From assembly GCF_004010195.1 (NCBI RefSeq), contig NC_057749.1, positions 8,387,423-8,451,422 of the forward strand: 64,000 nucleotides of DNA, written 5' to 3'. The notes below the pieces were generated by a model. The model was not told the DNA's origin. It saw nothing but the letters and a program-made list of their open reading frames with translations, and ran no database searches. Both the position numbers and the translations under genes were made by a program. This document shows, in pieces, positions 12,430 to 24,800 of the stretch. This DNA is from Chiloscyllium plagiosum (lineage: Eukaryota). Position 1 is the first letter of the stretch. Each line of letters opens with the position of its first letter.

Positions 12430-12739
12430 NNNNNNNNNNNNNNNNNNNNNNNNNNNNNNNNNNNNNNNNNNNNNNNNNNNNNNNNNNNNNNNNNNNNNNN
12501 NNNNNNNNNNNNNNNNNNNNNNNNNNNNNNNNNNNNNNNNNNNNNNNNNNNNNNNNNNNNNNNNNNNNNNNNNNNNNNNNNNNNNNNNNNNNNNNNNNNN
12601 NNNNNNNNNNNNNNNNNNNNNNNNNNNNNNNNNNNNNNNNNNNNNNNNNNNNNNNNNNNNNNNNNNNNNNNNNNNNNNNNNNNNNNNNNNNNNNNNNNNN
12701 NNNNNNNNNNNNNNNNNNNNNNNNNNNNNNNNNNNNNNN
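12430..12739. other. Assembly gap
   Basis: Run of N. Confidence 1.
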
Positions 12740-13175
12740 TTTCCCCTACTCGGAGACACAGGAACAAGCCCTAATCAAAGAGGTCAAAGTGGCCTCTGGA
12801 TGGAAATAGATTCTGATAGAAGAAAAGATATGCCTAATCAATAATCTACGATAGACTGACGTCAAACACCCTTATGGGAGTCAGAGATAAGAGTTTGTCA
12901 CGGACAAGACAGGATAAACAGAAGTTGTGGGATAAAGTCTTAAGGAAATGAGTGACGTAAGCGAAGCAGGGAACAGACAATGGAATAAGGAAAACATATG
13001 GGAAAAAACAGTATAAATTGCAAGGGTTTTTTGGGATATACTGTGCATTTTGTAATTACCTTACCTGGTAATTAGACAAAGCACCCGCCTATAGGTGTAT
13101 AAATAAAATAATGCTGTATTCAGAAATTAGTCTCGGACTGAAATTATTAAAGTGAGTGAGCTTTTGTTTCTCACA
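12740..13175 (+). mobile_element. Retroviral-like LTR, U3-R-U5 portion
   Basis: TGACGTCA 12857, TGACGTAA 12953, TATAAA 13012, AATAAA 13102, ends TCACA 13175; 5' end lies in the gap. Confidence 0.6.
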
Positions 13176-13500
13176 TTAGATTAGATTAGATTAGATTACT
13201 TACAGTGTGGAAACAGGCCCTTCGGCCCAACAAGTCCACCCCGACCCGCCGAAGCGAAACCCACCCATACCCCTACATTTACCCCTTACCTAACACTACG
13301 GGCAATTTAGTATGGCCAATTCTCCTGACCCTGCACATCTTTGGATGGTGGGAGGAAACCGGAGCACCCGGAGGAAACCCATGCAGACACGGGGAGAACG
13401 TGCAAACTCCACACAGTCAGTCACCTGAGGCGGGAATTGAACCCGGGTCTCTGGCGCTGTGAGGCAACAGTGCTAACCACTGTGCCACCGTGCCGCCCAC
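13176..13500 (-). mobile_element. HE1-type V-SINE, young full-length copy
   Basis: CpG-rich head, V-domain, (TCTAA)n tail. Confidence 0.95.
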
Positions 13501-13809
13501 GGGGAGGGTCAAATTGACCTTGACAAGGATGACCTTCTCAAGGCTGGATGCTGTGAGTTGCTTTCCAACACCGTGGATGCAGAATACAAAGAGAAGGAGT
13601 GTCCATATTCGAAAGTATAATTACATTCTGCTTCCGTCATCACATTTTGATGTACTTGCTCTTGGCAGGCTCTAAGTTATTTTCAGCTTCCTTCTTCATT
13701 CTCTCAGCACCTGACAGCTCTTGCCTTGCTACCTGCACTAATTCCTGGAATTGCTGTGTTTGCAGGATCATATTTTTGCAGAGGTTAGAAGTGCAGAGCA
13801 TGTAGTCCC

Positions 13810-14455
13810 TTTAAAGTTGTGCCTGTGCTAGACAGGGTGCTAAAAACTTTGTCTTCATTGCTCAAACCATTGAGTAGAGGAGTTGGGTTATCATGTTGAG
13901 GTTGTACAGGACATTGGGGAGGTCACTTTTGGAGTACTGAGTACAGTTCTGGTGTCCTGCTGTAGGAAGGATGTTATTAAATTGAAAAGGGTGCAGATAA
14001 GATTTACAAGGATATTATCGGGACAGGAGGGCTTGAGTTATAAGGAGAGGGTGGATGCTGGGACTTCTTTTCATGGGAGTGTAGGGGGTGAGGGGTGACC
14101 TTATAGAGGTTTATAAAATCATGAGAGGCATGGATAAGGTGAATAGCAGAGAGTAGGGGAGTTCTAAACTCGAGGACATATTTTTAAGGTGAGAGGAGAA
14201 AGATTTAAAAGGGACCTGAGAGGCAACGTTTTCACAGAGGGTCATTCATTTATAGAGTAAACTGCCAGAGGAAATGGTAAATGCACATTTAACATTTAAA
14301 AGACATTTGGACAGGCACATGAATAGGCAAGGCATAGAGGGATATGGGTCAAATGCAGGCAAATGGGACTCGTTTAGTTTGGGAAATCTATTTAGCATGG
14401 ATGGGTTGGACCGAAGAATTTGTTTCTGTGCTGTGTGACTATGACTTTGACTCTA
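13810..14455 (+). mobile_element. CR1 LINE 3' portion
   Basis: CRKDVIKLKRVQIRFTRIL; tail tgactatgactttgactct. Confidence 0.9.
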
Positions 14456-14519
14456 AATTTCAGAAAGCAAATCTTTGACTGATACCACTTGTGCCTTCTT
14501 TGGTTCTCAATGTTTCAGA

Positions 14520-15070
14520 CTGTGTCGAGGAGAATTGTCCCAGGGATGAGGAACTTCAGAGATGAGATCAGCCATGATCGTGTGAAATGGCAGATCAAGC
14601 TCAAGGGGCTGAATGGCCTACACCTGCTCCTCATTCCAATGTTCCTTTATGGATATCTTGGAGAAACAGGAATGGTCTTCCTTGTAGAAGAGATAGTTGG
14701 GTGAAGATTTGTTGGAGGCAATCAAAATCATGAGGGATCTGGGCAGAATGGATGAGGTGAAAAGGTATCCCCCACTGTTGATCAAAGGCCTAGATTTAAG
14801 GTAATTGGCAAAAGAAACAGTGGAGACACAAGAAAAAGAAACTCTATCATACAACGAGTGATTGGGATCTGAAGGCACTGCCAGAAAGTACGGAGGAGGC
14901 AGATTCAATCAAGGTGTTCAACAGCAAATTAGAATGTTATCTGAAAAGGAAGAATGAGCAGGGTTACAGTGAGGAGATAGTGAAATGGCACTGGGCGCAT
15001 TGTTTTTTCACAGAGTCAGACCAATCAAGAGAGGCTAAATGGCCTCTGTCAATTTTTTAGTGTTTCTATA
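14520..15070 (+). mobile_element. Degenerate CR1 3' fragments
   Basis: gatcagccatgat...gggctgaatggcctacacctgctcct tail plus ORF2 C-terminal remnants. Confidence 0.7.
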
Positions 15071-15209
15071 ATTCTGAGCATCAAAGAAATATCTTTCCAT
15101 TATTTTGCTCGTATATTTTCTTTCTCTTTTCCAGTTTCTTGAACTCCATTTCGACAAAATTCTTTTCCATCAGTTTTTCCACCCCCTTCCAGTAGGCTTT
15201 CAGTCTAAG

Positions 15210-15302
15210 TCGATAAAGTGTGGAGCTGGAGAAAGCACAGCAGGTCAAGCAGCATCAGAGGAGCAGGAGGGTCGATGTTTCGGGCAGGACCCTTCATTAG
15301 GA
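15210..15302 (-). mobile_element. Penelope-like 3' end (family A), mutated hammerhead
   Basis: Minus strand CTAATGA-A-GGGT-CCT-GCCC-GAAA-CATC. Confidence 0.7.
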
Positions 15303-15307
15303 CATCA

Positions 15308-15385
15308 CCACATGTCAACGAATCTCACACATCCACATGGCCACGAATCTCACACATCCACATGGCCACGAATCTCGCACACGTG
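15308..15385. repeat. 25-bp tandem repeat x~2.8
   Basis: CACGAATCTCACACATCCACATGGC units. Confidence 0.9.
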
Positions 15386-15454
15386 GAGGTGTCATGACAA
15401 CAACTTTCAATCGAAGTTTGTGTTTTCAAATCTAGAAACTGAGCACATTATCTA

Positions 15455-15512
15455 GGTTGGCAGCCTAGTGCAGTACTGATGGATTGCTGCACTGTCTGAG
15501 GTGCCGCCTTTC
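15455..15512 (+). mobile_element. Deu-type SINE core fragment
   Basis: agtgcagtactgatggattgctgcactgtctgaggtgccgcctttc. Confidence 0.65.
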
Positions 15513-17222
15513 ATAAGAACATAAGAACTAGGAGCAGGAGAAGACCAGCTACCCCTCCGAGCCTGCTCCACCATTCAATAAGATCATGGCTGATCATCTC
15601 ATGGCCTTAGCTTCACTTACCCGCTCTCTCATTTAACCCTGAATTTCTTTACTGTTCAAAAAATTATCTTATTAACATTAAAAACATTTACTGAGGAAGC
15701 CTCAATTCCTTCACTGGGCAGGGAATTCCACAGATTCAAAACCCTCTGGGTGAACAAGTTCCTTCTCAACTCAGTACTAAATCTGCTCCCCCTAATTTTG
15801 AGGCTATGCCCTCTTGCCCTAGTTTCACCCGCCAGTGGAAACACCCTCTCGACTTCAATCGTATCTATTCCCTTCATCATTTTATTTGTTTCTAAATGAT
15901 CCCCCCTTCACCATTCTTCAAAATTCCAATGAACATAATCCCAGTCTTCTCAGCCTTTCCTCATAAGCCAACCCTCTCAACTCCAGAATCAATCTAGTGA
16001 ACCTCCTCTGCACCCCCTCCAGTGCCAGTACATCCTTTCTCAAGTAAGGAGAACAAAACTGTACACAGTATTCCAGTGTGGCCTCACCAGCACCCTATAC
16101 AGCTGCAACATAACCTCTCTGCTTTTAAACTCAATCCCTTTAGCAACGAAGGACAAAATTCGATTTGCCTTCTTAATTATCTTTTGCACTACAGACAAGC
16201 CTTCTGTGATTCATGCACAAGGTCACCCAGGTCCCTCTGCACAGCAGCGTGCTGCAATTTCCTACTATTCAAGTAATAGTCCTTTTTACTGTTATTCTTA
16301 TTGAAATGGATGACTTCACATTTACTGACACTGTACTCTATCTGCCAGACCTTTGCCCACTCACTTAAACTATCCCTTTGCAAAGTTTCACAGTCCTCTG
16401 CCCATTTGGGTCTACCACTCAGCTTAGTGTCATCTACAAACTTTGACACACTACACGTGGTCCCCAACTTAAAATCATCTATGTAAATTGTGAATAATTG
16501 CAATCTCAACACTGATCCCTGAGGCACACTACTAGTCACTGATTGCCAAACAGAATAGCACTCATTTATTCCCAATTTGCTTCCTGTTGGTTAACCAATC
16601 CTCTATCCATGCTAATACATTTTCCTTAATGCTTTGCATTTTTATCTTTTGAAGCAGCCCTTTGTGCAGCACCTAATTGAATACTTTTAGAAATTCAGAT
16701 ACACCACATCTACTGGGATCCCATTGTCCACCGTGTTTGTAATGTCTTCATGGAATTCCAAAAGATATGGGTGACATGGCAACTCAGTGGTTAGCACTGC
16801 TGCCTCACAGCACCTGGAGGGATCCAGATTCGATCCCAGCCTCGGACATCTGTCTGTGTGGAGTTTGCACATTCTCGCCAGGTCTGTGCGGGTTTCCTCC
16901 AAATGTTCCGGTTTCCTCCCACAATCTAAAGATTTGCAGGTTAGGTGTTTTGGCCATGTTAAATTGCCCATTGTGCAAGTTATTATTCAGGGTTAAATAT
17001 AGGATAGGGGAAGTGGGTTATTCTTCGGAGGGTTGGTGTGGATTGGTTGGTCTGAAGGGCTTGTGTCCACGCTGTAGGAATTCTAATTCTAATTAGTCAA
17101 GCATGACCTGCCCTTCATGAATCCATGCAGCGTCTACCCAACGGCATAATTTCTATCTAGTTGCTTGCTATTTCCTTCCTTGATAACAGACTCAAGCATT
17201 TTCCCTATTACAGAAGTTAAGC
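15513..17222 (-). mobile_element. CR1 LINE RT to 3' end, interrupted by a SINE
   Basis: VTSSVPQGSVLRLQLFTIYIDD, SKFVDDTKL, FTQRVLNLWNSLP; (GTTCTTAT)n tail. Confidence 0.95.
16768..17093 (+). mobile_element. HE1-type V-SINE nested in CR1
   Basis: Head, V-domain and tail; CR1 rejoins as ccaaaagat|tagtcaagcatgacc. Confidence 0.9.
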
Positions 17223-17224
17223 GA

Positions 17225-17465
17225 GATTGCAGAACACTGTGGTAAAGAGGGATTTGGGTGTCTCATGAAGTTAGCATGTAGGTACAGCAAGTGATTGGGA
17301 AAGCAAGTAAAATGTTGGTTGTTATTGCAAGGGGAATGGAATATAAAAGTAGAGAGGTTTTGCTATAGTTATACATGGTGTTGGTGAGACCATATCTGGA
17401 GTTCTACACACAATTTTGCCTCATTTAAGGATGTAAATACTTTAAAAGCAGCTCAGAGAGGGTCC
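17225..17465 (+). mobile_element. CR1 ORF2 fragment
   Basis: ggaatggaatataaaagtagagagg...gtgagaccatatctggag. Confidence 0.75.
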
Positions 17466-17739
17466 CCAACTGCTCCCTGCAGACTATGCCACACTCTCCG
17501 TGCTCAGTGAGTTTTACACTCACTCCATACTGCTACTGTTCCTCTTTCCAACTGCTCCCCCAGACAGGATAATAAAACCATGGCCTGTTCTCTCAGGTAA
17601 ATGGAAAAGATAACATGAGCTCTGGCCCTGTGACCCCAGCCAATAGTTAGTCCTCATTCAGCTTCAAAACAGATTCACACATGGTTGATTGTTAGACCTT
17701 GCTGTGATCAAATTGGTTGTTGAATTTTCTATGTTACAA

Positions 17740-17960
17740 CTGGGGGTCAGGTCGCTGGATGTCTGTTTTGTGATGTCGAGTTATGCCATCAATGTGGGTT
17801 CACTTCCTGCACCATCTGAGGTTACCATGAAGGACTCTCCTTCTCAACGTCTCCCCTCACCTGAGGAATGATGACTCTCAGGTTAAACTCACCACCAGTC
17901 ATCTATCTTTCTTGAGAGAGCACCCCTATCATCTGGGAAGATTATGGCGACTTGTACATT
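17740..17960 (+). mobile_element. Third SINE-like family (CTGAGGTTACCATGAAGGA core)
   Basis: Homologous to 28680-28870 and 49570-49735. Confidence 0.6.
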
Positions 17961-18517
17961 GTAACTGCAGCCATACTTCTGAAACAGTTAGCTGGCTGCA
18001 GAGTGCTTTGGGGATGTCCTGAGGTGCTACACAAATGTAATTCTTCCTTTATAAAGAAAAGCAAAGATGCAGTATCTCTAATGTCACCCACATCCTGTGG
18101 ACAGATTTAAAATGTCGTTGCCAATGTTAACCAGGGGAACCCTCTCCCTCGTCAAATTAATTCAAATTAAGATGCAGGAATTGTTTTACTTTCCCTGAAA
18201 CCCAGCCTGTTTTCAATTTTAAACTTGAACACCAGACACACTCGTTTAATCATAATTAATGCAAGGTGCTCTTGGACAGATGTAAAACATTTTAACCAGA
18301 ACCACGAAATCAATTAAGCTCTAATATAATTTTATGAAGCTTATGCTGTCTGTCATTATTTTGACTAATTAACAGCTAGGGCAAAGTAATATATTCATTT
18401 TCTCTTATTCCCGATTCGTTGAAAGTCGAAGGAAAGTTTAATCTAGAGACTCAAAATGTAGACTTGAATCGAAATGAAGACTCTGCTGACAAAGCAGCAC
18501 TTCCTACTCACTGCCCA

Positions 18518-18820
18518 GGGCAGTCAGCAAGGGTGGCATGGTTAGCACTGCTGTCTCACAGCATCAGGAATCTGGGTTCAATTCCAGCCTCGGGCCACTG
18601 TCTATGTGGAGTTTGCACGTTCTCCCCATGTCTGTGTGGGTTTCCTCCCACAGTCCAAAGATTGGTGGATTGGCCTTGCGAAATTGCCCCTAGTGTCCAG
18701 GGATGTGTAAGCTATGTAGATTGGCCATGGGAAATGAAGTGCCATTGGGATGGGATGCTCCTCAGAGGGATGGTGTGGACATGATGGGCCAAATGGCCTG
18801 CTTACACACTGTAGGGATTT
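18518..18820 (+). mobile_element. HE1-type V-SINE
   Basis: Head, V-domain and tail. Confidence 0.9.
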
Positions 18821-19084
18821 GGTGTGGGACTTGTAATCAACAAAATTGCAGCTGTACATGTGAGATTTTTAGCATTATTGTAGTCATTTAGTCACCTCTC
18901 AAGAAGATATATGTCATCAAACTACATTCCCTTCATACAACCACCTCAGGAAACTAGAAGAGTTTCTAACTGTGTTCCATCATCTAATTATATCCTTGGA
19001 GGTGGTGACTGAGAAGAGGCACATGAGTTTTCTTTTTGATTGTCTATTTCATGTTACGTCTGCTATTTGGCCTGAAAGTACTCA

Positions 19085-19915
19085 ATAAGACCATATGAAA
19101 TAGGAACAGAAGAAGACCATTCAGCCCCTCAAGCCCGCTTCACCGCTCAATACTGTCATGGCCGATCAGACATCCCTCATGTCTGCCCTCTCCCGATAAC
19201 CCTTGATTCCACGATTGATCAAGAACTGATCAACCTCATCCTTAAATATACACAATGATTCCAATGGTAAGTTTGCAATTGCAAGCTTCAAAGATTCAAA
19301 CCAAGTTAATTTTAAATGGAAGGCCTTTGTAGCTGTAAATAATTGAGGAAAAACCACTAAATACCTACTTTTCAAAGACACTTTGCACTTAAGATTGTGA
19401 AGCAAACCTCAAAAATTGGACGGGTAATGGATAGTGAAGAAAGTTATCTCAGAGTATAACAGGACCTTGATCAGATGGGCCAATGGGCTGAGGAGTGGCA
19501 GATAGAGTTTAATTTTGATAAATGTGAGGTGTTGCATTTTGGTAAGGCAAACCAGGGCCAGGACTTATACACTTAACGTAGGGCCCTGGGGTTGTTCCTA
19601 TGGTGTATAACTCTATGACTCTATGATTCTGCCCTCATATTCTCTATGGCAAGGAATTCTAAAAACTCAGAGAGAAAAAAATTTCCTCCTCATCTCAGTC
19701 TTAAATTGTTGTCCCTTTATTCTGTGACAATGCCCTCTGGTCCTGGACTCTTCCATGAGTGGAAACATTTTCTCAGCATTGACCCTGTTAAGTCCTTTGA
19801 AAATCCTATATGTTTCAATGAGAACACCTCTCATTCTTCGATACTAGTGAGTAGTGTCCAACCTGTTCAATCTTTGCTCATAAGGCAATCCGTCGACATC
19901 GGGGATAGTCCTGTG
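19085..19915. mobile_element. Mosaic of CR1 fragments (minus 19085-19260 and 19640-19915; plus 19410-19630)
   Basis: gagtggcagatagagtttaattttgataaatgtgagg and CR1 3'-UTR motifs. Confidence 0.75.
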
Positions 19916-20254
19916 TCATAGACCTCCAGGTCAAAACCTGATTTTTGGGTACGTACAATGCTACTACACTGAGTCAGCATTGATCTCTTGGCTTGTACAA
20001 TGACAGATGTATCAGGCGTGAGGTTACAGATTGTGTTTAAGTACAATTCTACAACTTCTGATAGCACACAGCACTTCATGAACATCTGATCTTAAGTTGC
20101 TAGATCTGTTTGGAGTCTGTAAGGATGATCAGCCATGATCATATTGAATGGTGGTGCAGGCTTGAAGGGCAGAATGGCCTACTCCTTCACCTATTGTCTA
20201 TTGTCCCGTTTTAGGACTGTGATTGATAGTGCCACACAACACGGTGGAAGGTAA

Positions 20255-20535
20255 TGAAAGCAAAATACTGCAGATGCTGGAACAAACACAAAGAACATTG
20301 GAGAAACTCAGCAGGTCTCGCAGCATCTGTGGAAAGAAAGAAACACCGTTAACATTTCGAGTCCAAAATGACTCTTTCTTCAGAAGTGAAATGGGTTGGA
20401 AAATAGTGGTTTTGATACTTTCGACAGAGGTGAAGGTATCCTTTTCTGATGTTCATCTCCAGCTGGAGGAGAGACATTGAGAGATGGATTTACCATCCGG
20501 CAGACTTACACCTTTAAGAGGTTTGTCTCCCATTT
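20255..20535 (-). mobile_element. Penelope-like 3' end (family C) with hammerhead motif
   Basis: Minus strand CTGAAGA-AA-GAGTC-ATTTTG-GACTC-GAAA-TGTTA at 20383-20349. Confidence 0.7.
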
Positions 20536-20934
20536 ATGAAGAGCAGCCCCATATTGAGGTGACTCTTCTTCAGACCTGTCAGCAATGGAAGGTATCCTCA
20601 GTTTGAAGGTGGGACTTCATGTCTGTCAGAACTGTGCGTGGTCTCTGTCACTATCGATACTGTCATGAGCAGACACAACTGCAATTGGTAGATCCCTTTT
20701 GTTGATTCCCTCGTCTTCTGCCACAGGCCCAATGTAGTAGCTACATCCTTTAGTACTTGGCCACTTTGGCCAGTAATTTAGAGAGATCTCCTCAACTTGT
20801 ACATAAAGAAACCTCAACTCCCTGTGAATTCGTAGGTGTTACAAATGATGAAACATGAGTTTCCAAAGACTCAAAGCAGACTCTATCTTTGCAAAGAAGG
20901 CATCAAGAGAGATATCATCTCCCCACCATTGGTA

Positions 20935-21560
20935 GGCAAGGGGATGGTGTAGCAATATTATCACGAGACTGTTAAGACAGAGAACCAGCTAAAGTGGGCA
21001 GCACGGTGGCTCAGTGGTTAGCACTGCTGCCTCACAGCGCCAGGGACCCGGGTTCAATTCTCAAGTCAGGCAACTGTCTGTGTGGAGTTTGCACATTCTC
21101 AATGTGTCTGCGTGGGTTTCCACCGGGTGTTCCGGTTTCCTCCCACAGTCCAAAAATGTGCAGGTTAGGTGAATTGGCCGTGCTAAATTGTCCATAGTGT
21201 TAGGTCTAGGGGAATGGGTCTGGGTGGGTTGCTCTTCGGAGGGTCAGTGTGGACTTGTTGGGTCGAAGGGCCTGTTTCCACACTGTGGAGCTCAGGTTCG
21301 AATCCCACCACAGTAGACGGTGGTATTGAATCAATAAAAATAAAAGCTGGAATTAAGAGTCTAATGATGACCATTATCGAGAAAACCCATCTGGTTCACT
21401 AATGCACTTCAGGAAAGGAAACTGCCATCCTTCCCTGATCTGGTCTACACCACCGGAACCACAGCAATATGGTTGACTCTTATCTGCCCCTCTGAGCAAT
21501 TAGGGATGGGCAATAAATGCTGGTCTAACCAGTGATGCTGTCATACCCTAAATGAATTTG
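20935..21560 (+). mobile_element. Second SINE family with nested HE1 V-SINE (20996-21288)
   Basis: V-domain SINE inside an element ending gggatgggcaataaatgctgg. Confidence 0.85.
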
Positions 21561-22107
21561 AAACTGTAATTAGAAACAATTTAATATGTGGCAGACTATG
21601 ACTTTCAGAATCAACTTTGCTCAAAAATCAGAAGATACGGTCTCACTTGCCCTTGCCCTTGTTCTGAAGCTGCATCCTCCAAAGTCTCTCGCAGATGGAA
21701 GGATGCCAATTATGAATGTAAAAAAAATTCTCCTTGAGGTGTTCTCATTGTACATCTCCACAGAGGACTGTTGGCAGAACAAGTTCTTCTGTCTATGAAA
21801 ACGTGACCTAGTTCTCCGTGAGGAATGACCTTCCTTTCTTGGCATTTTCACAGGTCAGAGTCAAGACTGGGTCAGCAAATTTAGTCAAGGCTGAGTCAGG
21901 CTGAATTTTTGATAGCCAAGGGACTCGAGGGCTGTGGACGGGGAGGTGGTGGGGGACGGAGCAGCTAAAGAAATGTAGATATGAGATGAAGGATCCAGAC
22001 CTTTGAGAAATGGAAAATTAGCCACCTCTGTATAGATCGTGGAATGTGGGCATTACTGGCTGGACCAACATTTAGTGCCCACCCCTATTTACCCTTGAGA
22101 AGGTGGT

Positions 22108-22395
22108 AGATTAGATTAGATTACTTACAGTGTGGAAACAGGCCCTTCGGCCCAACAAGTCCACACTGACCTGCCGAAGTGCAACCCACCCATACCCCTA
22201 CACCTAACACTACGGGCAATTTAGCATGGCCAATTCACCTGACCTGCACAGCTTTGGACTGTGGGAGGAAACCGGAGCAAACCCACGCAGACATGGGGAG
22301 TATGTGCAACCTCCACACAGTCACCTGAGGTGGGAACTGAACCCGGGTCTCTAGCGCTGTTAGGCAGCAGTGCTAACCACTCTGCACTGTGCCTT
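22108..22395 (-). mobile_element. HE1-type V-SINE
   Basis: (TAGAT)n tail and head on minus strand. Confidence 0.9.
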
Positions 22396-22429
22396 CTCAA
22401 GGTAGTGAGTTACCTTTTTGAACCACAAC

Positions 22430-22632
22430 GTGGAGGTGCTGGTGTTGGACTGGGGTGAACAAAGCTACAGATCACACAACACCAGGTTATAGTCCAACAG
22501 GTTTATTTGAAAGTACAAGCTTTCAGAGCACTGCTCCTTCAGAGGTAACCTGACGAAGGAGCAGCGCTCCAAAATCTGGGACTTTCAAATAAACCTATTG
22601 GACTGTAACTTGGTGTTGTGTGATTGTTAATT
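22430..22632. mobile_element. Fold-back Penelope-like element (family B)
   Basis: Inverted arms; CTGACGA-A-GGAGC-AGC-GCTCC-AAAA at 22550-22574. Confidence 0.75.
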
Positions 22633-23234
22633 TTTTGAACAATTGCGGTCCATTTAGTGTGGGGCTGATTATAATGCTTTTAGGAAGGGAGCTCCAGGAC
22701 TTTAATCCAGCAACACTGAAGAAACAGTGATATATTTCCAGGTCAACAGTGAGTGGTTTGGAGGGGAATTTATAGATCGCAGTGTTTCCATGTACCAGCT
22801 GCCTTTGTCCTTCCAAATGGTGGAGATCATGGATTTGGAAGGAGCTGTCAAAGGAGTCTTGCTGAATCGCTGCATTGCATTTTGTGGATGGGGCACATTG
22901 CTGCCACTATTCAGCAACGATGAAAGGAAAGCATTTTTGAACTGTTGCATGGTTGGTGCTGCATTATCTTTGATAGCATTGAGTTTCTTGAGCATTGTTG
23001 AAGCTTCACTCATTCAGGTCAGTGGGAAACATTCTATCACAATCTTTGTCGATGGTAAACAGGCTTTGAGGAGTCAGGAAGTAGTTATCAATGCAGAATT
23101 ACTGCTCTGTACTCACGGTGTTTATATGATTTGTCCAGTTCAGTTTCTGATCAATGGTAACCTCCAGAATGTTGATAGAGGGTAAATCGGTGATGGTAAT
23201 GCTATCAAGTGTCAAGTGAGATGGTTGTTGGAGT

Positions 23235-23537
23235 TGGGTAGTCACAGTCTAAGGGTATGGGATAAGCCATTTCCGACTGAGATAAGGAGAAACTTCTTAA
23301 TGCAGAGAGCGGCAAGCCTGTGGAATTCTCTGCCGCAGAAGGGAGCCAAGGCCAAAACATTAAATGTTTTCAAGAAGGAATTAGATATAGTTCTTGGAGT
23401 TAAAGGTCACAAAGACTATGGGGAGAAGGCAAGAACAGGGAACTGAGTTGGATGGTCAGCCATGATCATATTTCATAGCAGAGTAGTCTTGAAGGGCCAA
23501 ATGGCAAAATCCTGCTCCTATTATCTATGTTTCTATG
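23235..23537 (+). mobile_element. CR1 LINE 3' end
   Basis: EIRRNFLMQRAASLWNSLP...FKKELD; tail. Confidence 0.85.
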
Positions 23538-24712
23538 GGCATTGGCCAGCACACATGTGACACAAATGTTACTTTTTACTAACATTTAATTAGCCCAAGC
23601 ATGGACGGAGGAACTACAGAACAGAAAAAGGTTACTTCACCCAATTGGCCCATGGTGTTTCTGCTCCACATCAGCCTCCACCCATCCAACCACATTGAAC
23701 TCAATCAGCATTTCCTTCTATTGCACACCTTTCTCTGTTATGTGCCTCCCTATCTTCCCCTTAACAGCACATGCCATTTCCCTCAACCTTTCCATATTGG
23801 AGTGAATTCTCTGTACTTGCCAGGTAATGAATGGTCTCTTCATTCTTGACGAATACCCCTTCTTACATTGCAAATGACTACACTGGAAAATTATTTCATT
23901 GACTGTAAAGCACCTCGGGATCTCTTGGGGCTATGAAAGTTGCTATATAAATGAAATAGTTAATTTCCTTTTAATGTTGTCTTCTCCAAACCTGTGTTTA
24001 ATCCTCTCTTCTACCTTGCAATTTCAAAAATGTAGCCCACTATAGCATATCCTTAATATCCCTTTTGCAAGAAAACATTTCTGCTAATTCCCTCTAATAG
24101 TATGTTGGTATCTCCTTGTTACTCTGTACTGACTGCTAGATATGATCTTTCACTGCTTGCATGTCAAACCCTTAATTTTCAACAATTCCCTTAGATCCAC
24201 TGCCTCCTTTAATCTCCCTGTGTCATTGAGCACAGTTTGGCATTTTCAATCTTTCATCACATGTGTATCACCCTGTCTGGTAATAACACGGTGAGTTTAT
24301 GTCATACCTTCCCATCTCTCTGATGTTCCATGATGAGGTGACCATAACCGAGCACACACTGTTCCAACTGTGACCCAGGCAATGCAGAACATCAAAGATC
24401 TGACAAGACAAGGTTACTATTGAACATCAAGGTTTGCTGATATTCATCAACCTCTTGTGTTTTGCTCAGTCACTTTAGCAAGTACTCAGAATTCTGGTTT
24501 ATGACTTTATAGTTGATTGACACTCATTGTTAGAGAGATGGGAGTGGAGGATAGAGATTTATTGAGGGAGAGCTGGGATAACTGATGAATGTGAATTCAA
24601 TCTGGTGTCCATCATATTGCAAGTCCTTAGCGAAAAAGCAATGAGAGTCAGTTATTTGCAATCTTTCTGGCTTTTTTCATACTAAATCTCCCAATTAATA
24701 GAGAGTTGACAT

Positions 24713-24800
24713 AAGCTACCTGACAAAGGAGCAGCGCTCCTAAAGCTTGTACCTCCAAATAAACCTGTTGGACTATAACCTGGTGTTGTGTGATTATTAA
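24713..24800 (+). mobile_element. Family B single arm, decayed hammerhead
   Basis: agctacCTGACAA-A-GGAGC-AGC-GCTCC-TAAAGCTT...cctggtgttgtgtgatt. Confidence 0.7.

Larger units (their letters stand above)
22040..23232 (-). mobile_element. CR1-group LINE 3' portion that shares its tail with the second SINE family
   Basis: EASTMLKKLNAIKDNAA; homologous to 30600-31320 and 38975-39200. Confidence 0.7.

Noticed and set aside
12234..12844. Long ORFs here and at 27175-28395 and 41419-42175
   Set aside because: Open only because they run through N gaps
13400..13500. tRNA gene-like A/B boxes here and in other SINE heads
   Set aside because: Followed by the V-domain and LINE-like tail, so SINE heads rather than tRNA genes
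21600..21880. Possible minus-strand exon with AG/GT boundaries
   Set aside because: No recognisable protein in any frame and no supporting neighbouring exons
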